This document shows, in pieces, positions 1-13,296 of a DNA stretch of 64,000 nucleotides. The stretch lies in the NCBI GenBank assembly GCA_033442325.1, contig JAWQFM010000019.1:24650-88649 (forward strand), read 5' to 3'. How positions within the stretch are numbered: the stretch's first letter is position 1; every line of letters begins with the position of its first letter. Origin of the DNA: Salpingoeca rosetta. Lineage: Eukaryota > Protista > Choanoflagellata. A model generated the notes under the pieces. That model saw nothing but the letters and a program-made list of their open reading frames with translations, had not been told where the DNA came from and searched no databases. A program made the position numbers and the translations under genes.

Positions 1-1608
1 TCGCTGACATCGGGACCGCCATTGGCGGTGCGATAGTGCAGCGGCGTCTCGGGGCAATGCGTTCTGGTCACAGTGGTGGTTGTGATGATGGTGTTGATTG
101 TGGTGATGATGGTGTGGTGAGGCGCAGGGATGAAAGTGCATAGAAGGAGTGTTGGGAGACACATGTGACGAACCGTTGTTCACACACACACACACACAGT
201 CTTATGTACTCATGCACACGTTTACATTTTCTCATGCACAGACCTGAATTCTTGCACCTCGTACACCTGCTGCTCGATTTGATGCCAGGTGACGTTCTTC
301 TCCTGCTTGAGCTGTTTCCTGCGCAGTTTTGACAGCGGCATCAGGCCGTACTCCTTGATGAAGTTCCTGGTGGCAGTGGTGGTGGTTGATGGCGGCGGTT
401 GTGGTTATCGTGGGAGTGACACGCACACAAACACAATGATGGCGTGGTGTTGATGTGAACGGGAAATCATGAGCATGTGCATCAAGACCTAGCGTCGTCA
501 CTCATATCAACGCAACAGCCCCCCCCCACACGCACACCTCTCTGGATCCATGCTTGGGTTTGGGTTGTGGTCCTCGCATCGCTGGTTGACGGCATTTTCG
601 CGCTTCTCAAGCGTCTGCGCATCAGGGAAGAGAGAAGGTAGGGACAACGTGGTGTTCATCACTTGAATGGAGATGAAGTGACGCGTGTGTGGTGGCAGTG
701 AAGCAAGAGAAAGGACCCAGCAATACGCACACATACACACACACACACACAGACTGACCTTCTGTTTCTCTAGGGTGGCCTTGAGGTCCAAGAGTTGTTG
801 GCGGTACTGCGGTGTGAGCTCGCCTGCTTGCTGCAGAATGTCGAGGAGGGGTCCTTTGTCCCATCCGTTGGCATGCACCACCGCTGGCTGTGGATGATAG
901 TGAGACAACAAAGGATGAGGTCAGGTGACTTCGGGAGAGGGTGGAGAAAGCGACAAGCATTACCCAACCACACCACACACATGCAGCCACAGAATGTCGG
1001 TTGCTCACAGAGGTGTGCGTGGCCTGGTTGTGGATGCGCCCATCTCGCACAACGACATCGCGTTTGGCGGAACCTGGACATCCAAATGAAGCAGCCGTCA
1101 TCATGCACATTATGGTACGCATGAGCAGTGTCCCATACTCACAGCGACAACCACACCCACACCCACACACGCGCGCGCACACCCACGCGCGCACACACAC
1201 ACACAACCACACACACACACACACACACACTCTCTCTCTCTCTCTCTGACCGAAGAGCGTCTGGAAAAGAACGGCTTGGTGATCGATGCGAAACGCCTTG
1301 TTGTCCAGTACAACCGCCTGTCGTGGCGCGTGCACGAGGGCAAGGATTGAGAGACGTGCGGCAGTGCAATTATAGCAACGCAAGTCACAGCAATGATGAA
1401 TTCAACAACCAGTCGGCAACACGACTCTGCGGACCTTGATCAGTTCTCCCTGATCATCACAGCAATCAGACTTGTGGTGGATGGCAATCACATCGTTGTA
1501 CAGATGCAAGATGTATCCAAGATAGCCTGGCAAGCAGGGAGGAGGGGTTGGGCAAATGTGTTGGTAAAGCGCATGCGCGTGTGAGATGCATGGCACAGCT
1601 CATCAAAC

Positions 1609-1648
<40 letters not shown>

Positions 1649-2343
1649 CGTACCCATGTACCCTCCGCTGTTTGGATACGGGTAGTGGCCAACGCTGCTT
1701 GATGGTGGCATCTCCGTCGCCAGCTCGGGGTTGGGCCAGCAGTTGACCTGGGGCGTGATGGTTGCAGTTGTGCGCATGCAAGGACGTGCGATGTGGGTGT
1801 CGGGAACAACCAGTGTCACACATACACACATACACACGCACACACACACGCACACACACACGCACACACACACACACACATATACAAACAGCCGCACCTC
1901 GGCACTGACGACCATGGGGGCGTTCATGGATCGGAACGTGTCGATGAGTTCGTCCTCTTCGGCAAACACAAAGCTGTCAAACGAATCCGTGAAGAGAACT
2001 GCACAGAGGATGGCAAAGTGACAGCGAGTGATGAGTGATGAGGGGTGAAGTGTGCGAGCGGAGTCCATCAGACATGAGTACGATACCGCCACAACACGCA
2101 CGCACACACGTCATACGCATACAAACAACTGGTGGTCGCACCCATGTCATAATCGTCCTTGTACTTAAGCAGTGTCTCCCTGACTTTCTTCAGTTTCCAG
2201 CCATACCCTGCAGTGTGAGCACAAGAAGAACAGCGGCAACAAAACTGTGAAACAACATCGCGCGCACGCACACGCACACGCACACACACACACACACATA
2301 TATATATATACGCACACACACACGTAATACGCACACACACACA

Positions 2344-2394
<51 letters not shown>

Positions 2395-3949
2395 AATACG
2401 CACACACACACACGTACCCTTGAAGAATTCGCCCTCTCCCGCCACGAGCAGCTTCTTGCCGATGTTGCCAACGCTCTGCTCCGTCAATTCAATAAAGGGT
2501 TCCCGATGAGTGGCAACCTGGTCGGCAATTGTTCGCGATTGGTGTTTCCCCGAGTTGAGTGCGTGCGTGGGTAAGTGGGTGAGTTCAGTGAGTGAAGGAC
2601 TGTTGCTCGAACACAGACACACAAACATACAGGCATACAGACACACAGACACACAAACATACAGACACACAGACACACGCGTCACTCACTGTCATGACGA
2701 GAAGCCGCGGCTTCACAATGCCATCATCCCAGTAGCGAGCGTCCCGCATGTCCAGGGAGGTGTCGCCTCGCAAGCGGGCTGTGGTGTAGCGTGCACGTGT
2801 GCGTACGGACAGGGATAAGAGCAATCAACACACAGACACACATACACAGAAATAGAAACAGAAACAGCTCCACACACACACACACACACACACATACATT
2901 CACACACACATTCACACACGCACACGCACACACACACACACACACACAGGAATACAAGTGTGCACCTGCAATCGGTTCGAAATCAATCTCCGACTTGGCT
3001 GCAAGTTTAGCGGCGTAGTCTGCCGGATATTCGCCGTCATCAGGGCCGTGAAACGATGACGTCTGATCGTGTTGTGTCTTGGAGGACGAAGCCACAGGTC
3101 GTGGTTGCTGTTCATCCTGCCGCGGTGCGTCCCACTCCACCACAACCGGCTTGGACGTGGACTCTGTGTCAGCCTCCGAATCCACAACACACTCACACTC
3201 CTGTCGCAGATCGCAGTGAGAAGCAACAGCAGCAATAACAGCGATGAAGCTTGGTATCGGGAACAAACGCGTGCACGCATGCATCGCGCGCTGGCACATT
3301 CACACCAATGCGCATCCACGCGATTTAAACACACACAGACAGGCAGACGCAGATACAGATATACACACACACGCAGACACAGACACAGGCTTGCACAGAC
3401 ACACAGACACACAGACACAAAGGCACACACACACACACACAGACGCAGACACACACACAGGCACGCACAGACACAAGCGCGCTCTCTTTCTCTCGCTTGC
3501 TTTGCACTCACTTCACATGTGGTGCGGAAGCCATGGACAACCTTGCCGGTGGTCTTGTGCACCCCAGAAGCGCACAATCCAATGCACTTTGGTCTCTCCT
3601 CCGGGCACTGCCATTTACATCACAGCAATTACCACAGGGACCCATGTCCCAAGTCAGCAAAGCGCGAGGCGGAAACAACAAGCACCCTCAGTTCATGCAC
3701 AGGCACAGCTCCCAGCGCAAACCAGCAGCGCAACGGCATGGCACGCACCAGACACCGGTTGGGCCCGCTTGGAACAGCGCCACGCGCGCTGCAAGGAGTT
3801 GCAGCATCAACCTGCCTCTCGCCAGCCAACGCCAACACCATCAGCAGCAGTGGCAGCACTGCCAACACCGCCACCGTCACTGCTGCTGCTGGTGCTTTCC
3901 TTCGTCTCCTTGTCGGTGTTGCCCGCAGCGGCACCATCATCATCGCCAT
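1..3949 (-). CDS. Multi-exon secretory-pathway glycosyltransferase with a PLOD/LH3-type GT domain and an N-terminal Cys-rich module; 3' end runs off the window
   Basis: Spliced peptide has a signal/anchor (MAMMMVPLR...[13 protein letters not shown]), a Cys module ([14 protein letters not shown]...GFRTTCEECEC), then [15 protein letters not shown]...[20 protein letters not shown]...[13 protein letters not shown]...VVSAEVNCWPNP...[12 protein letters not shown]...DDQGELI...[11 protein letters not shown]...PAVVHANG. These match the PLOD GT motifs LLVxTVAT, FTDSYD, SAExxCWP, NSGGF/YxG, DDQ and VxHGNG. Confidence 0.8.
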
Positions 3950-4069
3950 CAGCTTTGTTGTCCTGCTTCTTGTTCTTCAACCGTCGCGCCGTTGTTAAAC
4001 GCGCATCAAATCAAAAATCACCACCATAATCTTTTTTGTTGTGTTTGGCGCCGTTGCAAGAGGACGACG
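3950..4069. promoter_or_regulatory. Putative compact bidirectional promoter between the PLOD-like GT and HIRA
   Basis: The divergent start codons are only about 120 bp apart and the spacer lacks CA/TG microsatellite. Confidence 0.6.
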
Positions 4070-6111
4070 ATGTTGTTTGGGCGGCTGGACTGGCTGTGGC
4101 ACGATGGTGAGTGAGCAGTGGTAGTGGTGCATCGTGTGTGTGTGTGTGTGCGTGCATGTGTGTGCGTGTGTGTGTGTGAATGAATGTGTGTGAATGTGTG
4201 AATGAATGTGTGTGAATGTGTGCATCAAATCATGCACGTCTCCCATGTCTCCCCCTCTTCCTCCATCTCCTCTTCCCCTCCTCTCTGGCATTGGTCCATG
4301 TGTTCATCAATAATCACACGGTCTGTCGTCGCCTTCGCGTCGCCAGGGCGTGCACCCATCTTCTCCCTCGACACAAGTTGTGACGGGGATCGCCTCGCAA
4401 CCGCCAGTCAAGGTGCGACCGCCAGCCAGACAGGGTTCCTTGCACGTCTGGTTCTGTTTCTGATGATCAGCCTTGAGCCATCACCTTTTCCGTCTCCGCG
4501 CTTGTGTCCTCGTATACTGACCCATACCAACCCCACATCCCGCTTCATGGCATGACGCCGCCCCAACATCCTGACGTTGTGACATACATATGACCACATG
4601 TGTCACCTGGTTTCCCCAGATGGGATCCGCTTGTGGCGAGCAAGCTGCATTGGCAGCCCTGATGCGACCAGGAAGCGTGCAGCTCTGTCGTTCATGTCGG
4701 CCCATGAAGGTAAGGTAGTGTGAGCTGTGTGCCCCCCCCCCCTTTACCCAGGATTGTCTGCCACAAAAGCACACGCTCAAGTGCCGGCTGCTTTCTGTTT
4801 GCGCGCTGCTGTGATCTCATCCACCTCCGCCCTTCGCCTCCGTTTCTCAATCACCCCTCCCCCGGCCCAACCAGGTGGCGTGAATGTTGTTCGCTGGAGC
4901 CCGAAAGACCCCATGCTGCTAGCCTCTGGTGGTGTTGACCACACAATCATTCTTTGGACCCAAGGTCAGTGGTGTATGCGTCTGCGTGTGTGTGAGGGTG
5001 GTGTGGTGTGTGAGGGTGTGTGGTGTGGTGTGGTGTGTGTGTATGTGTTTGTGAGGGTGTGGTGTGTGTGTATGTGTTTGTGAGGGTGTGTGTGCGTGTG
5101 TGAGGGTGTGTGGTGTGGTGTGGTGTGTGTGTGTATGTGTGTGTGTGTGCTCTCATCAGCTCTTGTGCCGCTCTCCATGACGGCACAACAATGTCGTCTG
5201 CAGTCCAAACAAAACCCACCAGCACATTCTCACACTCATGAATGCCATGACTTTGTGACACATCGCGCCCACCCTTCGCTTCACCCCGTTTCCACGGCAG
5301 AGGACGAGGCGTCGGCGTCCTTTGGAAGTTTGGACGGCCCCAGTGTCGAAGCGTGGCAGCCAGCAGCAACATTGCGCGGGCACACGGAAGGTCAGGGCAC
5401 TGCTTTTGTGCAAACCAGCAGCTGTTGCTCAACTGAGGGACACGGGTGTCATGAATTCCTTGCTCACATGGCTGTTCGGGCGGTGGCGCTGGTGGGATGT
5501 GCTGCGGCAGATGTGCTTGGGCTGGCGTGGTCGCCGGATGGGGACACCCTGGCGTCCTGCGGCGTCGACAACATGGTGCTGGTCTGGTCCACAGACGGCT
5601 TGCTGCTCCACCAGCTCTCTGGCCACAACGGCCACGTCAAGGGCCTGGCGTGGGACCCGTGCCTCAAATACCTCGCATCGCAGGTGCACGCACATGCCCA
5701 TATTTGCGCGGTTATTGTGCATGCGAACATGTGTGTGTGTGTGTGTGTGCGTGTGCGTGTCTCTGTGTGTATGTGTGTATTTATGTGCGTGTATGTGTGT
5801 GTGTATTTATGTGCGTGTATGTGTGTGCGTGTATGTGTGTGCGTGTGTGTGTGTGTGCGCGCGCGTGTGTGTGTGTGCGAAAACACGCGGCATCACTCGT
5901 TTGTTCCGAATTGCATTTGTTTTTCTGGCTTGTTGGCGCTAAATCACCTCGACTCCAGCAATTCCCAAGCTCATGCTTTGCTTGATGTGCGCGAGTGTGG
6001 TGGGCAGGGTGACGATCAAGTCATTGTGTGGAAGACAGACGACTGGACCCCAGCCGCACACATTGACAAGCAGCTGCGCGATGTATGCACTCGTGCTTGT
6101 GTGTGTGTGCT

Positions 6112-6148
<37 letters not shown>

Positions 6149-6368
6149 TTGTATTTGCGTGTGTGGTTGCGTGTGGTGGTGTTGTGTGTTGGTGTTGTGT
6201 GTGGTTGTGGGTACGTGTGTGCGTGTCTTTGTCTTTCGCTGGCCCTTGTCTGTGTGCATTTAAGGTGTGCACGTCTCACCTCACCGCGTTGCTTTGCCAA
6301 GACGACGGGCACGTGCTTGTTCCTCCGTTTGGACTGGTCCACAGATGGCACGTACCTTGTCGCAGGTC

Positions 6369-6399
<31 letters not shown>

Positions 6400-6502
6400 G
6401 TGTGTGTGTGTGCGCCATGTGCATATCTCCGTTCTTATTGCATGCCTGCACGTGCGCGTATATGTGTATCTCACCAGTCCTCACCGCTCAACCCCATCCC
6501 CC

Positions 6503-6594
<92 letters not shown>

Positions 6595-7394
6595 TTCGCG
6601 TGTTCACGACCAGTGAACGGCCGGAACAACGATGTTCCCGTGGCCATCTGCATCGCTCGACAGGTGGGCAGACACCACGCGTGCTGCCTGCGTTGAGTCG
6701 CGTGCTTCGGTGTTCGCAGCGTTTGCAGTGTTGACCTTCAGCCTGCCCACCACCTCTCACCTCACCTCATCCCATCTTATCTCATCCCATCTTATATCTC
6801 GGCGGTGGCAGGAGATGACACGCGAATTCGATCTCGTCGGACACACGCGCGCCGTCATGTCTGTGGTCGGTCGCCTGTGCTACTGTGCCTTCATTGCACA
6901 CATGTCATCACACCCTGTCTTGCTTGCATGTGACACCAATGTGCGAGCATACCTCTCATCCTTCAACCACCATCGCCATCTCCAGCGATCATCGCCCGTC
7001 ATCTACGGCGCTCCCGACACACACGCAACGCGCTCGTGCTTCGCTGTCGCCGGCACAGACGGCACACTCTCGTTCTGGGTACGCAGCAACAAACTTGTGA
7101 TGGTGTATGTCGTGTACGTGTGCATGTGTGAGCATATGAGCGTGCACATAAGCGTGTGTGCATGTGCGAATTTCTGTGTGTGTAGTGTGTGTGTGTGTGT
7201 GTGTGCGCGTGGTGCTTGCGAATGCTCACATACGGGCATAACAACTGAATTTGCTTGTCCACTGCTGCGTGTGCGTGCGTGCAGGTGACGGGTGCCAAGC
7301 GCGCGTATGCTGTTGTTCACGCTGTTCTGGAGGGCCACATCGTCGACATTGCATGGGACAAAACAGGTTGGGTACAGCATGAACTGATGCACTT

Positions 7395-7473
<79 letters not shown>

Positions 7474-7711
7474 CTGAGGTGATCTGCAGTGGCTCAGTTG
7501 TAGTGGTGGTGCTGTTGCTCTTGTCATGTCACATGGCTGTTGTTTAAACTGATGTGAGCATAGTACTGCCCATTAGTTCACCCCAACGTGTGCATCTGGT
7601 GGTGCTGTGCCAGGAACAACGGTGCTCGCATGCTCTGCTGATGGCGACGTTGCGTGCGTTCGATTCAGCAGCAGCGAAATCGGAACCCCACTCCCCAAAG
7701 CAGCGCTCACA

Positions 7712-7765
<54 letters not shown>

Positions 7766-10657
7766 GCACACGCACAAGCACACGCACACACACACGCAAG
7801 CACACGCACACACACATGTGCATGCATGCGTGGTTGTCTTTGTGCGTGAAGTAAGAGAGTGTCGTACCGCAACACCGCCCATCTCCGCGACCTGTTCACG
7901 CATACCACTGCGTTCGTGTCCACTGCCAGGGCGCGTGCTGCCACGACAATGAGTGCCAACGGCGACGGAGGATCGGATCTCGGACTGTTGACGGCAGCGG
8001 CTGTTGCACTGCAGCAGAGGAGCAACGGGGAAGCAAGCGCCACCACACCCAGTCACTCGAGCACAGCAGCTGCCACAGCTGTTAGTGGTCAAGGTGGTGG
8101 TGTTGATGGCGATCTTGGTGGTGACGACGACGACGGCGACGACGACGACGATGACGATGATGATGATGACGACGATCTGGTGGTGAAGAAGAAGACGAGC
8201 CGGAATCTGTCGCGTTTGACGATCACAGATGATGATGACGATGACGATGATGACGGTGCCGCCAATGGCAGCAGCGCAGCAGCTGGGGGTCGTGGCGACG
8301 CGCTGGCCAAAGCCATGGCGCGGTCCATGACCACAGGAATGGCCACGGCATCACCGCAGCACACCATCGGCTTCTCTTCGCCGTCGCCAGCGCAAACCAC
8401 AACCTCGTCAGCGTCATCCACATCAGCATCAGCACGTCGCGCCCCCCAGTCGGGTGAGGCAGCACTGCACGCGCGTGGGCCCGCTTGTTTTGCGTGCGTG
8501 TGTGCGTGTGCGTGCGTCTGTGTGTCTGTGTATGCGTGTGTGTAAACGTCAGTAGTAGTTTGAATTCTACATTCAACACAAGTTGGCTTGCAAACTGATT
8601 CGTAGCTACTTGCCCCTCTCATGTCCCCCAACCACCATATGTCTGATCGCCATCCACACCTCCACCACCGCCAGCTGCTGGTGTGCAGAAAGAGAGTCGG
8701 ACGCGGACGGGGCGGCGTCGCATTGCGCCCATCACGCGCCCGTCAGCCGCCATGACGGCTCGAAGGTTTGCTGCGAGCATGAGATGGCTGATGAAAATTG
8801 GGCTGTGCGTGGGCTGTGGGCGATTGGGGCAACACCGCGTTGTTGGTGATGCTGTCAACACTGGCACACCGAACCGCACGCTCGTCTCACTCGTTTTGCT
8901 GCTTCTTCTGCTGGTCAATTTTCACACTTTCACAGGCGAAGCACGCCCTTTGGCGAGGTGAGCATAGACCCTTTGATGTGCTCCGCACCCAACTTGCACA
9001 CGAAAACACACACATTCACACACATTCACACGCATGTACATGTGTGCAAACAGGATGAGCCTTATTGCTTCAACTCACTTCCCTTGTCTGTTCCCGCTTG
9101 TTCCTGCTCTCTGCTATGCTGCGCATCAGTCGCCGATAAAGCGTGCTCGACACGAATTGCGGCCGCCGCAGGGCTTTGAGCTCGTCGACGCGTCCATATC
9201 ACTCGGGGCCGCACTCTTCCACCCGAAACACGACACGTCAAAGGTCTGCTCACCACGGCGTGTGTGTGTTTGTGTGTGTATGTGTGTTGTGTGTTGTGTG
9301 TGTATGTGTGTTGTGTTTTGTGTGTGTATGTGTGTGCGTGTGTGTGTGTGCATGTGTGTGTCAATGTTGATGCAAATTGTGTGCGCGTGCATGTGTGTTT
9401 TTCCCATTGCAGCACACTCACACGCCATCACACACCATCCTCGCCCCAAATCGCCCTTATATCTGTGCAGGTGCTGCCTGCGCTTGGAACGGCGTCGCCT
9501 GTGCGCAACACAACGTTCTTCCTCCCGTCCTCGGCAGCGGCAACGAGGACACGGCACATTCGCGTGCAGAACAAGCCGGTGTGATGCACTTGTCAACAGC
9601 GAGAGTGCGCGTGTGCATGTTCGTGTGACTCTGTGTGTGTGTGTGCGTGTGTGTGTGTGTGTGTGTGCCTCTGTGTGTGTGTGCGTGTATGTGTAACTTT
9701 GTAAGCGTGGGCAATGGTGTAAGGAAAGCGTAAACGGCAACGGTGCATGTCATTCCTTTTCTGTCCATAACAGCTCATTTCATGGCATGCATTGGGTCTG
9801 CACTGCAGAAGCGACTTGACGGCTCCCTGGCACTGTATCGCGTCGTGTGCGTGGAGCAACCCCAATCCACACAAGCGGCACCAACAGCGTCATCAACAAT
9901 ATCAACAGCACCAACGGCACCAACGGCAGCAGCAGCAGCAGCCGTGACTTCCTCCACGGGACCTGGCGATGTGAGGGAGGTGTGGAGCGTGCCACTATCG
10001 CTGCCGTGTATTGCTGCTGTCGGCAGCGAGCGTCACGTGTGCTGCGCAACAACAGACGGCTGTCTGCACATCTTCTCCGCAGCCACGGGCCTGCGGTGTG
10101 TTGATGTGACGTGTGTGGTGCTTGCTGGCGGCTTTTACATTCTCATTGTATGCATATATTTGCATGTGTGCGTGTGTACGTGTGTGTTCATGCTGTTTCG
10201 TCTTCTCATCCCAGGCTTTCTCTCCCCTTGTCATTCTCATACTCGTTCGTTGTGATTGCGACCACGCCCACCGCTACACCCGCACGGTTTCCACTCCCTA
10301 GGCTGCTTCCTCCCATGTTTGCCGGAAACGGCGTTGCTGTTCTGCGTCTCGCTGGCGATCATCTCCTGGTCATCGACTGTACCGCCCGCCTCTCCGTCTG
10401 GTGAGCACAACGCAACGCATCCCAGTTGGGTGTGCAGGCATGCTTTGTGTGATTTCGTTTCTGTTTTGTTTGTTTTTGTTTGTTCCGGTGTTTCGAAGCC
10501 GTTGTAGGTCACGCCCGTGTCTTTGGTCTCTGTTTCAGGAACTTGAACAAAGGCTGCATCGTACTCCACGCCATCGACTTGTCAGCATTGTGTGCACGTA
10601 CGTCACACACACGTAGCTGGCATCTCAGCTGTGAGCCCACAAGCACCCAATAGCACC

Positions 10658-10706
<49 letters not shown>

Positions 10707-10713
10707 CCAAGAG

Positions 10714-10745
<32 letters not shown>

Positions 10746-10981
10746 AGCACCCATTCAAAGGCATGCACGTGCCCAGGTTCACAGGTTGGTTGTGCCACTG
10801 TTGCCACGTGTTGTCTTCTTGCATCAGGTGCACGTGCATTGCATCAGGAATTGGTGGACGCGGCGTATTTGGCCTCGGGAACAGCAGTCGTGTTCTTCAA
10901 GAACGCACAGGTGAACACGGATGCACCCCGAGATGCTGCGCCATGCCATACGATGGGTGACTCTTGCCTCATCACCCTCTC

Positions 10982-11064
<83 letters not shown>

Positions 11065-11678
11065 CACGCCGCCCTCTTCCCGCTCATCCTCTGACACGTG
11101 TGTTTGTGTGTGCTGCATCAGGGCGTGAGCCGCGTGTATGCGTGGCAGCCCGCGCTGGGTGCGTGGGTGCTTGTTGGCGATGCTGGGTCTGTGCTGCACC
11201 TCCTGAGCCACCGCCAGAGCCTGCCCGCCACCCCGGACACATCGCACGCCATCGGCAGATTTCGTCCGGCCCTCGCTGTCTCAGATGTGCACGTACGTCA
11301 CCCATGTCATGATGTCACACTTGCCTGCATGCATTTGTGCAAAGCAAGCTCCTGTAGCTCACCGTGCGTATGCTTGTGACTGTGCGTGTTTGTTTTATGT
11401 GTGCATATGTGTCTGTGTCTGTGTGTGTGTGTGTGTGAACAGCGCCGCTTTCGGCGAACGCCAGCGCGTCAGCACTTGAACGCAATCAACGCTGCAACCG
11501 CCGCCGATAAGGTGGGCACACATCTGCTGCCAGCACTTGAAGCAGCTCTTCGTGGTTTGCTCGCAGCACAGCAGCAGCAGCAGCCGCAGCAGCCACCGCC
11601 GCACTCGCCTATTCCACATTGCCTTTGCTTGCTCCTTTCTTCCTCCTTCCTGCTTCGTCTCTTTCTTGTCCAACTTAT

Positions 11679-11753
<75 letters not shown>

Positions 11754-12756
11754 ACGGCACCACGACACGACCAGGCTGCGGCGACGTGTGAGCACGTGCT
11801 CATGTGTTTGGCGGCGGCGAAAGCGCTGGATGCACAGGAGGATTTTGATGCTTTCGTTCTTCAATACGCAAAGTGAGCTGTGGTGTCCCTTGCAGAACGC
11901 ACAACTTGTCATGCTCACCGCAACAACGATGTGCGCACGAATCATCAGTTCCACGTGTGCTCACTCCCTAGCACGCATGCATGCGTACATCGCACTCCAC
12001 TCACCCATCCCTCACCACCACCATCATCACCACCATCGCCACCACGACTGCCACCGCTGCTCAGGGCTGCCGTGTCGTCTGGTCCCGGCACGCGTGACTG
12101 GAACGCGCTGGGGGTGCTGTGCTCGCATCTGTTTGGCGACGCACCTGCTGCCGACCTGGCAGAGAGCCCGTTTGTTCTCAACAGCGCAGACACGCACGCA
12201 CGCCACAAGCTCCTGAGAAAGGTATTGGGGGGAGGTTGCGGTGTGATGTGTTGGCGGCCTGTTGTAACGTGGGATGTGTGGTGTGGCGGATTTTGGTGTG
12301 GTGGGTGGGTGACATGCCACCAGCTCTGCACATTGAAGCACATGTATGCACTGACCCATGGGGTTGCCACCTGCGCCACATGGCTCTCTTCAGGTGCTGG
12401 AGGTGTTTTCGACGACAGCGGCGCTGCAACCGATGGTTGAAGACTACTTTGCGGTGAGCAGACACGTGCAACATGTGCAGGGCACATGTGCAGGGCATGG
12501 GTGGAGTGCTCACATGGAGACAATGGCAGCCACGCGTGGAGAAATAGGCCGATTGACACGAGCGATAGACACACACACACACACACACAGAGAGACAGAC
12601 ACACACAGACACAGACACACAGACAACAGACACACACACACAGACACACACACATGCCGGTTTGCTCACTGCGTGTCTGTCCTCCCCCATTCACTGCAGC
12701 GCTTGGAGAACAGCGAGACGACGATGAACGGGCACGCAATCACCATCACAGACTAG
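4070..12756 (+). CDS. HIRA: Histone H3.3 chaperone HIRA/Hir1 (WD40 repeats, B-domain, C-terminal Hira domain), about 20 exons
   Basis: Exon 1 [13 protein letters not shown] (donor gtgagt) joins [23 protein letters not shown]40 segments include [48 protein letters not shown] and [10 protein letters not shown]. The ASF1-binding B-domain [14 protein letters not shown] lies at about 8690-8740. Stop TAG at 12754-12756. Confidence 0.9.
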
Positions 12757-12805
12757 CTGATATCCTTCTCACTCCTCTCTCCACCTCCCTGCTTCTCGTG
12801 TAAAC

Positions 12806-12862
<57 letters not shown>
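12806..12862. repeat. (GAT)n trinucleotide microsatellite in the HIRA 3' region
   Basis: Perfect gat tandem run. Confidence 0.95.
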
Positions 12863-12863
<1 letters not shown>

Positions 12864-13296
12864 GTACTGTACTTCTTCACTTGTCGTCTCAGTACATAAA
12901 TACTGGTCTTGTTGTATCGTTTATTGATTGGCCTGCTGCTTGCAGAGGTCTGCGGCGCACACGTCAATCGCATGCACACGCAGAGAATGCTCATCAACCA
13001 GAAACAAAGCAGCGATAGCCGTCACACTTAAAACCACGTGTGAACGAGATGCTTGCATGCACGCACGTTCACAGAAACAAGGACAAGATTGGAACGCCAT
13101 CACAAAGGCACAGGAAGGGGTAACGCATGAAGAGAGAGAGAGAGAGAGAGGGGGCGCCGAGAGCGTGTGCATTGGCGTGTTGGTGCGTGTGTGCGCGCCT
13201 TGCTAAGCACATTCACCCCACGCACTCATACACATGCATGCACGCATGCACGCATACCAACACGACACAAGTCAGCAGCAGGGAGTGTGTGGTTGC

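Noticed and set aside
5090-6616. Long ORFs rich in CVCVCV or HTHTHT (this one and hundreds like it)
   Set aside because: They are translations of intronic (TG)n/(CA)n microsatellites, which lack stop codons. The real coding segments are short exons bounded by GT-AG.
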